Positions 1 to 9,482 of a stretch of DNA of 56,888 bases are shown piece by piece. The number at the start of each line of letters is the position of its first letter. Position 1 is the first letter of the stretch. The stretch is from a virus (Duplodnaviria > Caudoviricetes): positions 1 through 56,888 of IMG/VR virus record IMGVR_UViG_3300023292_000011. One strand, 5' to 3'. Below the pieces are notes generated by a model. It was not told where the DNA came from. It ran no database searches and saw only the letters and a list, made by a program, of their open reading frames with translations. The position numbers and the translations under genes were made by a program.

Positions 1-195
1 GCTTGTAAGTGGGATTCAGTTATTCCTTTTGGTAAGATGTGGCTTATATTGAATAAATTGATTAAGCCGAATGGGGCTATTGTATTGTTCGGTTCAGAGC
101 CGTTTAGTAGTGCTTTAAGAATGAGTAATATTAAGAATTATAAATATGATTGGGTATGGCAAAAAAACAAGCCAACAGGTAATTTTATGGCAAAA
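1..195. repeat. Terminal direct repeat, left copy (circular assembly overlap or terminal redundancy)
   Basis: 1-195 matches 56694-56888 except G69 vs A56762. Confidence 0.95.
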
Positions 196-645
196 AGGCA
201 ACCAATGAGAGCATTAGAGCAAATTAGTGTTTTTTATAAAAAACAACCGACTTATAACCCACAAAAAATAAAAAGAACACCTGAAGAATTTAAGGCTTGT
301 TATAGAAAAAATGATAGTGTTAATAATAATGGTGAGCAATTTGGAAAGGGAACAAAAGGCGTTTTAATAAGGAAAACGGAAGAAGAACAATGGTATAAAC
401 ACCCAATAAATTTAATAAAGTTTGATTTACCAGATGGTAGAAAGGGAAAACAACACCCAACACAAAAACCAGTAGCCCTAATGGAATACCTAATCAAGAC
501 ATACACAAATGAAGGTGAGACAGTTTTAGATTTCACAATGGGTTCTGGTACAACAGGAGTAGCTTGTAAAAATACTAATAGAAACTTCATAGGCATTGAA
601 AAAGATGATAAGTATTTTGAAATAGGAAAAGAGAGATTAAAATAA
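1..645 (+). CDS. DNA amino-methyltransferase (N6A/N4C, beta class), 3' part; gene starts at 56583 across the circular join
   Basis: HPTQKP and VLDFTMGSGTT SAM-binding motifs; frame is continuous with the DPPY-containing 5' part at the window end. Confidence 0.92.
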   Translation, partial: ACKWDSVIPFGKMWLILNKLIKPNGAIVLFGSEPFSSALRMSNIKNYKYDWVWQKNKPTGNFMAKRQPMRALEQISVFYKKQPTYNPQKIKRTPEEFKACYRKNDSVNNNGEQFGKGTKGVLIRKTEEEQWYKHPINLIKFDLPDGRKGKQHPTQKPVALMEYLIKTYTNEGETVLDFTMGSGTTGVACKNTNRNFIGIEKDDKYFEIGKERLK

Positions 646-688
646 CCTATACAAATAAAATGTTGTTGACAAATGTAAACAGTCTTTG

Positions 689-717
689 TTGACAAAGTGC
701 AACAAATAGAGTATTTT
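689..717 (+). promoter_or_regulatory. Possible sigma70-type promoter upstream of terS
   Basis: TTGACA-17 nt-TATTTT; weak -10. Confidence 0.35.
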
Positions 718-718
718 T

Positions 719-753
719 AAAGTATATGCAAGTTTTTTGTATATACTTTTTTT
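719..753 (+). terminator. Intrinsic terminator-like hairpin
   Basis: AAAGTATATGCAA / TTGTATATACTTT arms running into a T-tract. Confidence 0.5.
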
Positions 754-769
754 GTTATAGAGGAGAATT

Positions 770-1279
770 ATGAGTGACAACATAAAAGATATTGAAATTG
801 TTCCTGTAATAGAATCTATAATTGAGTTTCTTGAAGACTATCCTGAAACCAATGTCAGTAAAGTATGTGAAACATTTGGAATAACATACTATATCTTCAA
901 TAAAAACTTAAAAAAACTCCCTGATCTTAGACTTAGATATAATGATTTCAAAGGTAATAGAGATACTTGCCTTGCTGAAAAAGGTAAAGTTGCTTTTGTC
1001 AAAATGGCAGAAGGTTATCCTTATGAAGAAGTTAAAACTACTTATGATCCAGAGGGTAAGATAAAAGAGAGAGTTGTATTTGAAAAGATAAAGCATCCTG
1101 ATTATAAGGCTGCTTGCATTATATCTGGTACTAAACCTGACGCAGATGTTGTTGAACAAAAAGAGGTTGAAGATAAGACTGTTAAGACTAAAAGACTGTC
1201 TAATGAAGATTGGCAAAAGAAACATAAAGAAGATAATATGCCTAAGAATATAAAGCCTATGAAGTTCGAAGATAAGTAA
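770..1279 (+). CDS. terS: Terminase small subunit
   Basis: N-terminal HTH-like segment, GYPYEEVKT...HPD pattern, coupled directly to terL; AGGAG RBS. Confidence 0.75.
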   Translation: MSDNIKDIEIVPVIESIIEFLEDYPETNVSKVCETFGITYYIFNKNLKKLPDLRLRYNDFKGNRDTCLAEKGKVAFVKMAEGYPYEEVKTTYDPEGKIKERVVFEKIKHPDYKAACIISGTKPDADVVEQKEVEDKTVKTKRLSNEDWQKKHKEDNMPKNIKPMKFEDK

Positions 1280-3168
1280 TGGCTTTTACAGCAACTAAAC
1301 TAAAAAGACCTAAAGAAGTATTTGCTCCACAGGTAGGCCCACAGACTGCAGCAACAGAGTGTATGGCTTATGAGTTACTATATGGCGGAGCAAAATTCAC
1401 AGGTAAAGGGCAAACTTTAGACTCACTGATATCAACACCTTTCGGACTTATGGAGATGGGAAATTTACAGGTAGGTAGCATTATAACAAGCCCTACAAGC
1501 ACACAAACTGAAGTAATAGCTATACATCCTTTAGGTGTTAAAGATATTTATGATTTTAAATTTTCAGATGAAACAATAGATAGATGTACATTAGAACATT
1601 TATGGAAAATAAAATTTGAAAATGGAGATTGGTTCGTTACTGATACAGAAAAGATAATAATATTTTTAAAAAATGATTTAAAAGTATTTATACAAAAATA
1701 TAATGAAGTTAAAAAAGAATGTGACAAAATAGTTGAAATAGAATCAATATCATTTTCAGGCAGAGAAAAAGCACAATGTATAACTGTAAACAACAGAGAT
1801 GGATTATATGTTACTGGAAACTTTAATGTTACACATAATTCTTTTTGGTTATTGCTTGATTATCTACAAGATGTTGATGAATTTGGCGAAGAATGGAATG
1901 GAATAATATTTAGAAGAAGTATTCCTCAGCTGAATGATTTGAAAAAGAAAGCAAGAAAGATATTTCCTAAGCTTGGTGCTATATGGAATGAGTCTAAAGG
2001 TTTTTGGCTATTTCCTTCAGGTTCAAGACTCTATATGAAGTACCTTGCAAAAGAAGAGGATGTTGAGCAATATTGGGGTCATGAATATCCTTGGATAGGG
2101 ATTGATGAAATAGGTAACTGGCCCACATACGAAATGTATGAAATCATTAGAACTTGTTGTAGAACTTCTGATCCTGAAGTTGCTAAAAGAAAAAGAGTAA
2201 GGTGTACAGGTAATCCAGGTGGTCCAGGTCACTTTTGGGTAAAAGCATATTTTGTAGATCCTGCTCCTCCATATACAATAATGACAGATGATTTAGGTAG
2301 AACAAGAGTTTTCATACAAGCAAAAATGACTGACAACCAGATAGGCATGGCAAACGATCCCACTTACGCACATGAATTGCTTTCGATAAAAGATCCAATT
2401 AAAAGAAAAGCTTTCCTTGATGGAGATTGGGATATTGTACCAGGTGGTTTTTTTACAAATGACTGGAGTGAAAAAAATATAATTCCTTCATTCCCACCTT
2501 TGACTACATGGAAAATAGTAAGGTCAATGGATTGGGGCTCTTCACATCCTTTCAGTATAGGATGGTGGGCTATTGCAGATGGCAGTATGGCTCCTGATGG
2601 GGTTTGTTATCCTTCTGGAAGTGTAATAAGACTTGCTGAATGGTATGGTTGTGAAAAAGATAAGAATGGTGTATCAATTCCTGATAAAGGTATAAGGATG
2701 CACATTGAAGAAGTTACAAAAGGAATATTATATAGAGAAAAGAATTGGAATGTTTCTTATGGTGTTTCGGATTGGAACATTTTTGTAGAAGATGGTGGTT
2801 ACTCTTTATATAGCAGAATGATAAAAGAAGGTAAAGGTAAAGTAAGATTTAGAAAAGCAGATAAGAAAAGGAAGCCCGGCTGGGATTTAATGAGACAATA
2901 CATGACAGGGAAAAATGGCGTTCCTGACTTATATGTAATGGATAATTGCAGAGATTTTATTAGAACTATTCCTGCATTGCAACATGATAAAAGAGACCTT
3001 GACGATATAGACACTAAGTCTGAAGATCATATAGCTGATGAAGCAAGATATTTTCTTAACAGTAGAGCAAAAGACAGAAGATATCAAGCTCCAAGTCAAA
3101 ATATACACAGAAAAAGATATGATGATTATAAAAATCATTACAAGAGGGTATTAGGATATGGCAAATAA
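1279..3168 (+). CDS. terL: Terminase large subunit containing an intein
   Basis: Walker A YGGAKFTGK|S once the intein is removed, Walker B IGIDE, coupling motif TGNPGG, nuclease motifs SMDWG and EDHIADEARY. Confidence 0.95.
   Translation: MAFTATKLKRPKEVFAPQVGPQTAATECMAYELLYGGAKFTGKGQTLDSLISTPFGLMEMGNLQVGSIITSPTSTQTEVIAIHPLGVKDIYDFKFSDETIDRCTLEHLWKIKFENGDWFVTDTEKIIIFLKNDLKVFIQKYNEVKKECDKIVEIESISFSGREKAQCITVNNRDGLYVTGNFNVTHNSFWLLLDYLQDVDEFGEEWNGIIFRRSIPQLNDLKKKARKIFPKLGAIWNESKGFWLFPSGSRLYMKYLAKEEDVEQYWGHEYPWIGIDEIGNWPTYEMYEIIRTCCRTSDPEVAKRKRVRCTGNPGGPGHFWVKAYFVDPAPPYTIMTDDLGRTRVFIQAKMTDNQIGMANDPTYAHELLSIKDPIKRKAFLDGDWDIVPGGFFTNDWSEKNIIPSFPPLTTWKIVRSMDWGSSHPFSIGWWAIADGSMAPDGVCYPSGSVIRLAEWYGCEKDKNGVSIPDKGIRMHIEEVTKGILYREKNWNVSYGVSDWNIFVEDGGYSLYSRMIKEGKGKVRFRKADKKRKPGWDLMRQYMTGKNGVPDLYVMDNCRDFIRTIPALQHDKRDLDDIDTKSEDHIADEARYFLNSRAKDRRYQAPSQNIHRKRYDDYKNHYKRVLGYGK
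1408..1839 (+). mobile_element. 144-aa mini-intein, class-3-like, inserted in the TerL Walker A motif; no homing endonuclease
   Basis: Begins GQTLDSLISTPFG, block B CTLEHLW, block F AQCITV, ends VTHN followed by Ser+1. Confidence 0.9.
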
Positions 3169-5083
3169 AGAAAAAATAGATTCAGATGTATTATCATCTT
3201 ATGTATTAGGATTATATTCAGACTTCTCTACTTTTAGAAAAGATAAAGAAAATGATATGCACCTTAACATTTACCAATGGGAAGGTCGATTTAATGTAAA
3301 GTGGAAAGGCGGAGAAGGTTCTGATTGGAGATCTAAAATATTTGTTAATATGACAAAGAGAAAATGTAGATCTGCACAAGCAATAATTAGAACTACACTC
3401 TTTCCTGGTTCAAGAATACCAATGAAGATAGAGCCTACTCCTGTAATGGAGGGCCCTTGGGCTAAAATGCTTGATAAGGATGAACTTCAATCAAGAGCAG
3501 ATAAACAAGAACAAGTATATAAAGATTGGGCTACTGAAAGTGATATAGAGTCTGAATTTGATAAACTTTCTTTTGATTTAATAGTACATGGCAGTGGTGC
3601 TTGGCGTTCAAAGAAATTTAAAACATCTAAATTAGAAACATGGTTACCTGTAGAAGAAACATTTGTTAAATCTGAAGATGGCACTATTGATATGGAAAAT
3701 CTCAGATATGAAAAGACTTGTATTAAAAAACAGATACCAACAGGTGAACACATTGATATATGGGATGTATTTATGGACCCTGAAGGTAATGATGCTCAAG
3801 ACGGTATAGGTGTTATACACAGACCTTCTATTAGACCTGACGAACTTTTACAAATGGCAAATGACGATCCTACTGAAAGTTACGATATGGACGCAATAAT
3901 AGAAGTTGTAAAAAACTCAAGTAAAGCAAACAGTTCATCAGGCAGTAATGAAGAAAATCCTAACAAAGATAAAAACGCCACAAGAAGAGAAACAATTACA
4001 CTCTATGATTTTTGGGGTAAATGCCCTGTTAAAAAACTATTAGAATATGATGAAGAGGTTTTCGGAGAACTTATAGCAGATCTTTTTGATGAAGAAGATG
4101 ATGATGTTTCTACAGTAGAAGTAAATATTGTTATTGCTGACAGTAAAACTATATCAGTAAAGATAAACATTTGTGGTAAAAGGCCTATCAATGTTGTTAC
4201 ATGGCTTAAACAGAATGGTACTCCTTATGGTATCGGCGTTCCTGAATGTATGAGAGATATGCAAGAAGTACAAAATGGTACTGCAAGAGCTTATATGGAC
4301 GCAAAGAAGTTTGATGGTGTTCCAATAGGTGCTGTTAAAAGATCATTGCTTGCGGATGGTGAAACTCCTGACATATATCCAGGTAAAATGTTTGAACTTC
4401 TTGATGAAGTAGAAAACCTTAGTCAGATAATTCAATTCACTACTGTTCCTTCTGGCAGTCAAAATCTTATAGATGGCCTTCAGTGGTCTTCTAAAGAAGC
4501 AGATGATGATTCAGGTATTCCTAAATTACTTGAAGGTGAAATGGCAGATGTAGAAAAAACAAGATATGAAGTAGAACAATCAATGAGTGGTAGTCATGCT
4601 TTCATTCTTTATATAATGAAAAAAATAGACAGACACATTTTAGCTCCTCAGTGGTATGAGTATTATGATTTCTTTATGAGAAGTGAAGAATATATTCCTT
4701 TTTATGCCGATATGAGTGTAAAGGCTTACGGTTATGAAACATACTCAAGAAGAGTTAAATTAGCAAACTCACTTATGTTCATGCTTCAATCTATAAACAA
4801 TATGAATAATCCTGAAGTAAATATGGAGACTAATTTTAAAGCAATACTTAAAGATTTATATGATTCTCAAAATCTTGATGGTTTCAAATATACTTATTCA
4901 AAAGAAGAAGTGGAACAAAAACAAAGACAGCAAATGCAGATGCAAGCTGAAGAACAAATGAAAGCACAACAGCAAATGCAGATGCAAGAACAACAAAAAC
5001 AACTTCAAAAAGAAGTAAGTAATTTACCTCCTGAAATGCAACAAGCAGTAATAGCAGGTAAAGAACAAGGATTGATTCAATGA
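3158..5083 (+). CDS. Portal protein (podovirus type)
   Basis: 641 aa directly after terL; DIWDVFMDP, PYGIGVPE and IYPGKMF motifs; Gln-rich C-terminus. Confidence 0.9.
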   Translation: MANKEKIDSDVLSSYVLGLYSDFSTFRKDKENDMHLNIYQWEGRFNVKWKGGEGSDWRSKIFVNMTKRKCRSAQAIIRTTLFPGSRIPMKIEPTPVMEGPWAKMLDKDELQSRADKQEQVYKDWATESDIESEFDKLSFDLIVHGSGAWRSKKFKTSKLETWLPVEETFVKSEDGTIDMENLRYEKTCIKKQIPTGEHIDIWDVFMDPEGNDAQDGIGVIHRPSIRPDELLQMANDDPTESYDMDAIIEVVKNSSKANSSSGSNEENPNKDKNATRRETITLYDFWGKCPVKKLLEYDEEVFGELIADLFDEEDDDVSTVEVNIVIADSKTISVKINICGKRPINVVTWLKQNGTPYGIGVPECMRDMQEVQNGTARAYMDAKKFDGVPIGAVKRSLLADGETPDIYPGKMFELLDEVENLSQIIQFTTVPSGSQNLIDGLQWSSKEADDDSGIPKLLEGEMADVEKTRYEVEQSMSGSHAFILYIMKKIDRHILAPQWYEYYDFFMRSEEYIPFYADMSVKAYGYETYSRRVKLANSLMFMLQSINNMNNPEVNMETNFKAILKDLYDSQNLDGFKYTYSKEEVEQKQRQQMQMQAEEQMKAQQQMQMQEQQKQLQKEVSNLPPEMQQAVIAGKEQGLIQ

Positions 5084-5328
5084 AGTTATTTGAAAAAGAA
5101 AATTATAAAGATGCGGAAACTGTAAAAGACTATTATAATAATACAAGTACAGCTTCTGCTATAAAGAATATACTTATTAGAATGAAAGATCATGAAGTTA
5201 AATTTCTTATTTCTCCTAAATGCTCAGTCGATAAGATCAGAGATTCACAGGGTGCTATAAGAATATTGGATAAGCTTCTTCATTTAGAAGAAAGTGCTAC
5301 CGAATTTTTAGTTCATTATAAAAAATAG
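5080..5328 (+). CDS. Small protein following portal
   Basis: ORF overlapping the portal stop; IRDSQGAIRILDKLL helix typical of this position. Confidence 0.65.
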   Translation: MKLFEKENYKDAETVKDYYNNTSTASAIKNILIRMKDHEVKFLISPKCSVDKIRDSQGAIRILDKLLHLEESATEFLVHYKK

Positions 5329-5341
5329 GAGGATTATTATT

Positions 5342-6019
5342 ATGGGTGAAATTAAGTTACCACCAATTAAAACAAATGGTATTGAAGTAGGATCAACAAA
5401 AAACAAACTTGTTGTAGGGGCTGATGGAATACTAAGGCTCACAAAAATAACAATTGGAACAAGTTCGGTTCCTCTCACTTCTGCTACAGCAGATAACAAG
5501 TTTATGGAACTTAGATGTAAAACAACTGCTACATCAGGCGATAACAGGCTTGCATATCTTAGATTCGAACAGAACGGTGCAGGTGGTGGTGGTGAGTGTA
5601 TTAGAGCATTTACAAAAGCAACAGCAGCACTTGGTACAGCAAGAGGGGCTCATATTTCTCTTGATCTATCTACAGCAGGTACTTGTTCAGGTTTTGGAGC
5701 AGGTGTTGATGCACAGGTTCTTATCGGTGATGCCGCACAGGCAAGTTTACTTACAGCACTCAATGCAGAAATTTATGCAGGTGGTGCAAGTACAGCTATT
5801 ACAGCAGGTAAAACAAGTTTCCTTAGATGTGTTATCGGTGGCAATGCAACTGGCATAGCTGATATTGAAAGTAATGCTTCATTCTTGAGTTTTGCTAATG
5901 CAGCAGCTTCAGGCAACATGGTTGATTCTGATATTACTGTTCTTACAGGTAAAGCAGGACTCAGAGTTTATGTAAACAATGCTCTGTATGGTTATATTCC
6001 AATCGTAACAGGAACATAA
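5342..6019 (+). CDS. Putative virion structural protein (Gly/Ala/Thr-rich)
   Basis: GGAGG RBS, composition, head-module location. Confidence 0.6.
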   Translation: MGEIKLPPIKTNGIEVGSTKNKLVVGADGILRLTKITIGTSSVPLTSATADNKFMELRCKTTATSGDNRLAYLRFEQNGAGGGGECIRAFTKATAALGTARGAHISLDLSTAGTCSGFGAGVDAQVLIGDAAQASLLTALNAEIYAGGASTAITAGKTSFLRCVIGGNATGIADIESNASFLSFANAAASGNMVDSDITVLTGKAGLRVYVNNALYGYIPIVTGT

Positions 6020-6027
6020 GGATAACA

Positions 6028-6348
6028 ATGAAACTTAATATAAAAGAAAGATTAATGACACTGGGCTTGATTCCTGAAAAAGGAAATATAATTACTCTAA
6101 GAGTAGTAAGAGAACTTTCTAATAAAGTTTCGTTTACAAGTAAAGAAATAAAAGACTTCGACATAAGTTCTGATGAAACAGGTATGGTCAGATGGGATTC
6201 AGAAAAGACGAAAGATTTAGAGTTTGATATAGATATAACAGAAGCTGAATTAGGTATCATAAAATCTGAATTAATCAAACTTAATGATTCATCAGAACTT
6301 ACTCTCGAACATGAAAGTATCTACAAGAAATTTGTAGAAAGTGTATAG
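6028..6348 (+). CDS. Hypothetical protein, possible assembly chaperone
   Basis: AAGGA RBS; compact acidic ORF. Confidence 0.6.
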   Translation: MKLNIKERLMTLGLIPEKGNIITLRVVRELSNKVSFTSKEIKDFDISSDETGMVRWDSEKTKDLEFDIDITEAELGIIKSELIKLNDSSELTLEHESIYKKFVESV

Positions 6349-6358
6349 GAGGTTTATT

Positions 6359-6772
6359 GTGAAAAAGATATTTCTAAGTTTTATTCTAATATCTATTATC
6401 GCAATACCATTATTTGCATTTAAAACTGTTTATGAAGAAGATGCAAGCATTAATGCAGCAGCTTTAAGTAAAACAATAAAAGTATATAAGCCAAAAGACC
6501 TTATGTCAGTTGCAATAAAATTCACTAATGTTCTTGGTGTGACTCTTGAAACCTCTATTATGGTTCTTGATCCAAACGGAGCAACAAAAGAATTAGACTC
6601 AACTGACTGGATAGCAGGAGAACAGGAAATGATTTATACTCCTCCTGAAAGTGGTTTGTATCCTTTAGTAAAGCATAATGCACAGAATAATGGTATTGAT
6701 CGTCTGTTAATAACAACAGACAAAGCAGACACTGGTAACGGTGTTTCAATAGAAGTTATTTGCGTTGAATAA
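6359..6772 (+). CDS. Hypothetical protein with N-terminal signal peptide
   Basis: AGGAGG RBS before GTG 6359; MKKIFLSFILISIIAIPLFA. Confidence 0.65.
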   Translation: MKKIFLSFILISIIAIPLFAFKTVYEEDASINAAALSKTIKVYKPKDLMSVAIKFTNVLGVTLETSIMVLDPNGATKELDSTDWIAGEQEMIYTPPESGLYPLVKHNAQNNGIDRLLITTDKADTGNGVSIEVICVE

Positions 6773-6868
6773 CTTTTATTATATACATATAGTGGCTTCT
6801 ATAACATAAAAAGAGCCCCTGCAAAGGCTTCACTCTTATAAAATGTTATACCCACAAAGGAGGGTTTG

Positions 6869-7834
6869 ATGAAACAGCAAGGTTTTGAACATGATGATGA
6901 TTTTGGTGCAGGATGGGATTCAGATGGTAAGGAAGAGGTAAAGACACCCGAACTTGATTCGGCTTCTGTTGATACTGAAAATAAATCTGATGAACGAGAT
7001 GACAACATTATATCTGATGATGATTTGTTTGATGATAATGATTCAAGTGATGATAATGATGTTGATGTTGACGGTAAAGAACAGGATGAAGATTCTTCAA
7101 ATGAAGATAAATTAATTGATGATATTTTGAATAAAGAAGAAGAAGAAAGTTATAAGAAGCGTTATGCTGATACAAGAGCTTGGGCTGAAAAGAGCAAGTT
7201 GGAAGCAGATGCTGAAAAAGCTGAAATGAGATCAAAACTTGATGAAGCAACTAAACAGCTTTTAGAACTTAAAAAAACACATTCTTCTAAAGAACTTCAA
7301 AAAATGGATTTCGATGATTTGTTTGATGAAGATGTATCAGAATTATTTGAAACTTATCCTGGTCTTAAAAATGCAATGATTGGTATGGCAGAAAGGGTTT
7401 CTGATAAGAAGTCTAAAGAATCTTTTCAAGAACTTTATCCTAATGCCAGAAAACAAGCCGAAGCAGAAAGAAATAATATTAAAACTGCTGAAGATAAGTA
7501 TTGGTCTGAAATCACAAATGAAGAATTTGGACATGAAAACGGCAAGGAAATTATACAAGGGAATACCTTCAAACGATGGTGGGATCTTCCTATAAATAAT
7601 AGACTTGCAGCACAGGTTAATTCAGACCCTCAAAATACTACTCTTGTAATTCATGCAATAGATAAGTTTAATGCGTGGAAAGCAAAGAAAACGGCTGAAA
7701 GAATTGATGCCAAAAACAAGACAATAAATAAATCCAAAATTGATTCAGCGGCAAGCCAAGTAAAAGCAAAGAAAACATCTGAAAGAAAACCCACATCTGG
7801 TGGAAGCTTTGATGATGGATGGAATTCGGTTTAA
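6869..7834 (+). CDS. Capsid scaffolding protein
   Basis: Acidic disordered N-terminus, YKKRYADT coiled coil, immediately upstream of the capsid gene. Confidence 0.8.
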   Translation: MKQQGFEHDDDFGAGWDSDGKEEVKTPELDSASVDTENKSDERDDNIISDDDLFDDNDSSDDNDVDVDGKEQDEDSSNEDKLIDDILNKEEEESYKKRYADTRAWAEKSKLEADAEKAEMRSKLDEATKQLLELKKTHSSKELQKMDFDDLFDEDVSELFETYPGLKNAMIGMAERVSDKKSKESFQELYPNARKQAEAERNNIKTAEDKYWSEITNEEFGHENGKEIIQGNTFKRWWDLPINNRLAAQVNSDPQNTTLVIHAIDKFNAWKAKKTAERIDAKNKTINKSKIDSAASQVKAKKTSERKPTSGGSFDDGWNSV

Positions 7835-7870
7835 TAACAAACATTTTTTTAACTATGAAAGGAAATAACA

Positions 7871-8899
7871 ATGGCTGATTTTAATAAATATGGCGACTTG
7901 CCTCCCATGAGCGCAGGTAAAGCTGCAAAAGAAATACTTACACAGACAAACCCAAAACTTAACATTCAGAGATATGCTAAGAAATTTATTAAGGCACAGA
8001 ATACAACTGATCACGATTATTTCAGAAGATATTCAAGACTCACTTATGCTGATGTTCCTCTTGCTGAAGGCGAAAACCCTGATGGTCAGAAACCAAGCAC
8101 AAGTGATGTAAACCTTAACATGAAAGAATTTGGTGATTACATCAGACTTTCTTCTAAAATATTTGACATGGATGCTAATAATGTGCCTGCAAATATTATC
8201 GAACTGCTTTCTGAACAGGCTCCTGGTTCAATCGAAAGATTTGACTTTGCAGCACTTAAAGAAGCTACAAATGTTAGATACAGCGGTTCTGCTGATAATA
8301 TTACCGCCGGTCATACAGATGCCGTTGTTGATGTAGTAGATGATTCTCTCTTTGAAGAAGTTGTTGCACTTCTTGAGTCTGATGATGCAGAAAAATTTAC
8401 AAAGATTCAAACTGCAAGTGCTAACTTTGGTACTCAGGCAATTACTGCTGCTTATATCGGTCTTTTACATAACAACCTTAAACCTGATCTTCGTGCTTGC
8501 TCTTCATGGGTTGATGTAAAAGATTATGGCGCAGGTCCTGCTGACAGTATTAGTGAAAATGAAATTGGTTCAGTAAATGAAATCAGATTTGCAACCTCTA
8601 ACCATTACCTTCCAACATTAAGCAGCGGTGGAGCGGTTGATTCAGATGTTATTAGATCAACTGACACAACTAACGCTGATGTGTATCCAATCGTTGTTCT
8701 TGCAAAAAATGCTATCGGTTGTGCAATGCTTAAAGGTAGAGATTCAATGAATGTCTTCCTCATTAAGCCTAAACCTGGTGCAAGTGATGCTCTCGGTCGT
8801 AGAGGTCATGCAGGTTGGTTGTGTATTCACGATATCGTTATTCTTAATCAAAACCGGATGTGCCTTGTATGGGCTGCTGCTTCAAAGAGAAGGGCATAA
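7871..8899 (+). CDS. Major capsid protein (N4-gp56-like family)
   Basis: FRRYSRL..PLAEGENP, EIGSVNEIRF and SDALGRRGHAGW motifs; position. Confidence 0.9.
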   Translation: MADFNKYGDLPPMSAGKAAKEILTQTNPKLNIQRYAKKFIKAQNTTDHDYFRRYSRLTYADVPLAEGENPDGQKPSTSDVNLNMKEFGDYIRLSSKIFDMDANNVPANIIELLSEQAPGSIERFDFAALKEATNVRYSGSADNITAGHTDAVVDVVDDSLFEEVVALLESDDAEKFTKIQTASANFGTQAITAAYIGLLHNNLKPDLRACSSWVDVKDYGAGPADSISENEIGSVNEIRFATSNHYLPTLSSGGAVDSDVIRSTDTTNADVYPIVVLAKNAIGCAMLKGRDSMNVFLIKPKPGASDALGRRGHAGWLCIHDIVILNQNRMCLVWAAASKRRA

Positions 8900-8911
8900 G
8901 GAGGATATATA

Positions 8912-9400
8912 ATGGATAACATGAATAAAACTTTTTCTATCACTGGCGCTACTCTTGACACTCACGCTTTTGGTCTTTTTATAGCTTGTGGGTACACTCC
9001 TTCACAGGTTAATGTTCTTATGCCTGGAGCTGCAAAAACAGCTGTTATGGCTTTGATTCCTACAGATGGAACTACTGCTATTTCTGAAATGTCTATCATT
9101 TTAGCTGCTGCGGTAGCAACTAATGTAGAAAGATATCTTGGCGCAAAATCTATTGCTGCCAGTACGGATCATCCTGCTTATTTCAAACAGGTTGCTGGTG
9201 TAACAAGATTTTATAATTCAGTAGGAACAATCCTTAATGCTAATTATATTCATTGTGTTGTTGATGCTGAAGGCAATGAAATTGCTTATAGTTCAACTAA
9301 TCCTTCATTTCCAAAAGAAGGCAGAATTTCGAAGGGTGTTCTCATTGGAACTGGTCTTTTTGAAGATGGTATTGTAACTGTAATAACACTTCTACCATAG
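8912..9400 (+). CDS. Putative capsid accessory/decoration protein
   Basis: Strong AAGGAGG RBS; lies between MCP and a terminator. Confidence 0.6.
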   Translation: MDNMNKTFSITGATLDTHAFGLFIACGYTPSQVNVLMPGAAKTAVMALIPTDGTTAISEMSIILAAAVATNVERYLGAKSIAASTDHPAYFKQVAGVTRFYNSVGTILNANYIHCVVDAEGNEIAYSSTNPSFPKEGRISKGVLIGTGLFEDGIVTVITLLP

Positions 9401-9417
9401 TAGAGGTTACAAATAAC

Positions 9418-9457
9418 AAAGAGGTTGAGTGCTGCTTCGGCAGCCCTCCCCTCTTTT
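9418..9457 (+). terminator. Terminator after capsid genes
   Basis: AAAGAGG..GCTGC-TTCG-GCAGC..CCTCTTTT hairpin with a cUUCGg loop. Confidence 0.7.
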
Positions 9458-9482
9458 CATTTAAAACAAATATATAAAAATA

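Noticed and set aside
4928-4988. Repeat CAGCAAATGCAGATGCAAG in the portal gene
   Set aside because: Ordinary Gln/Met-rich low-complexity portal tail.
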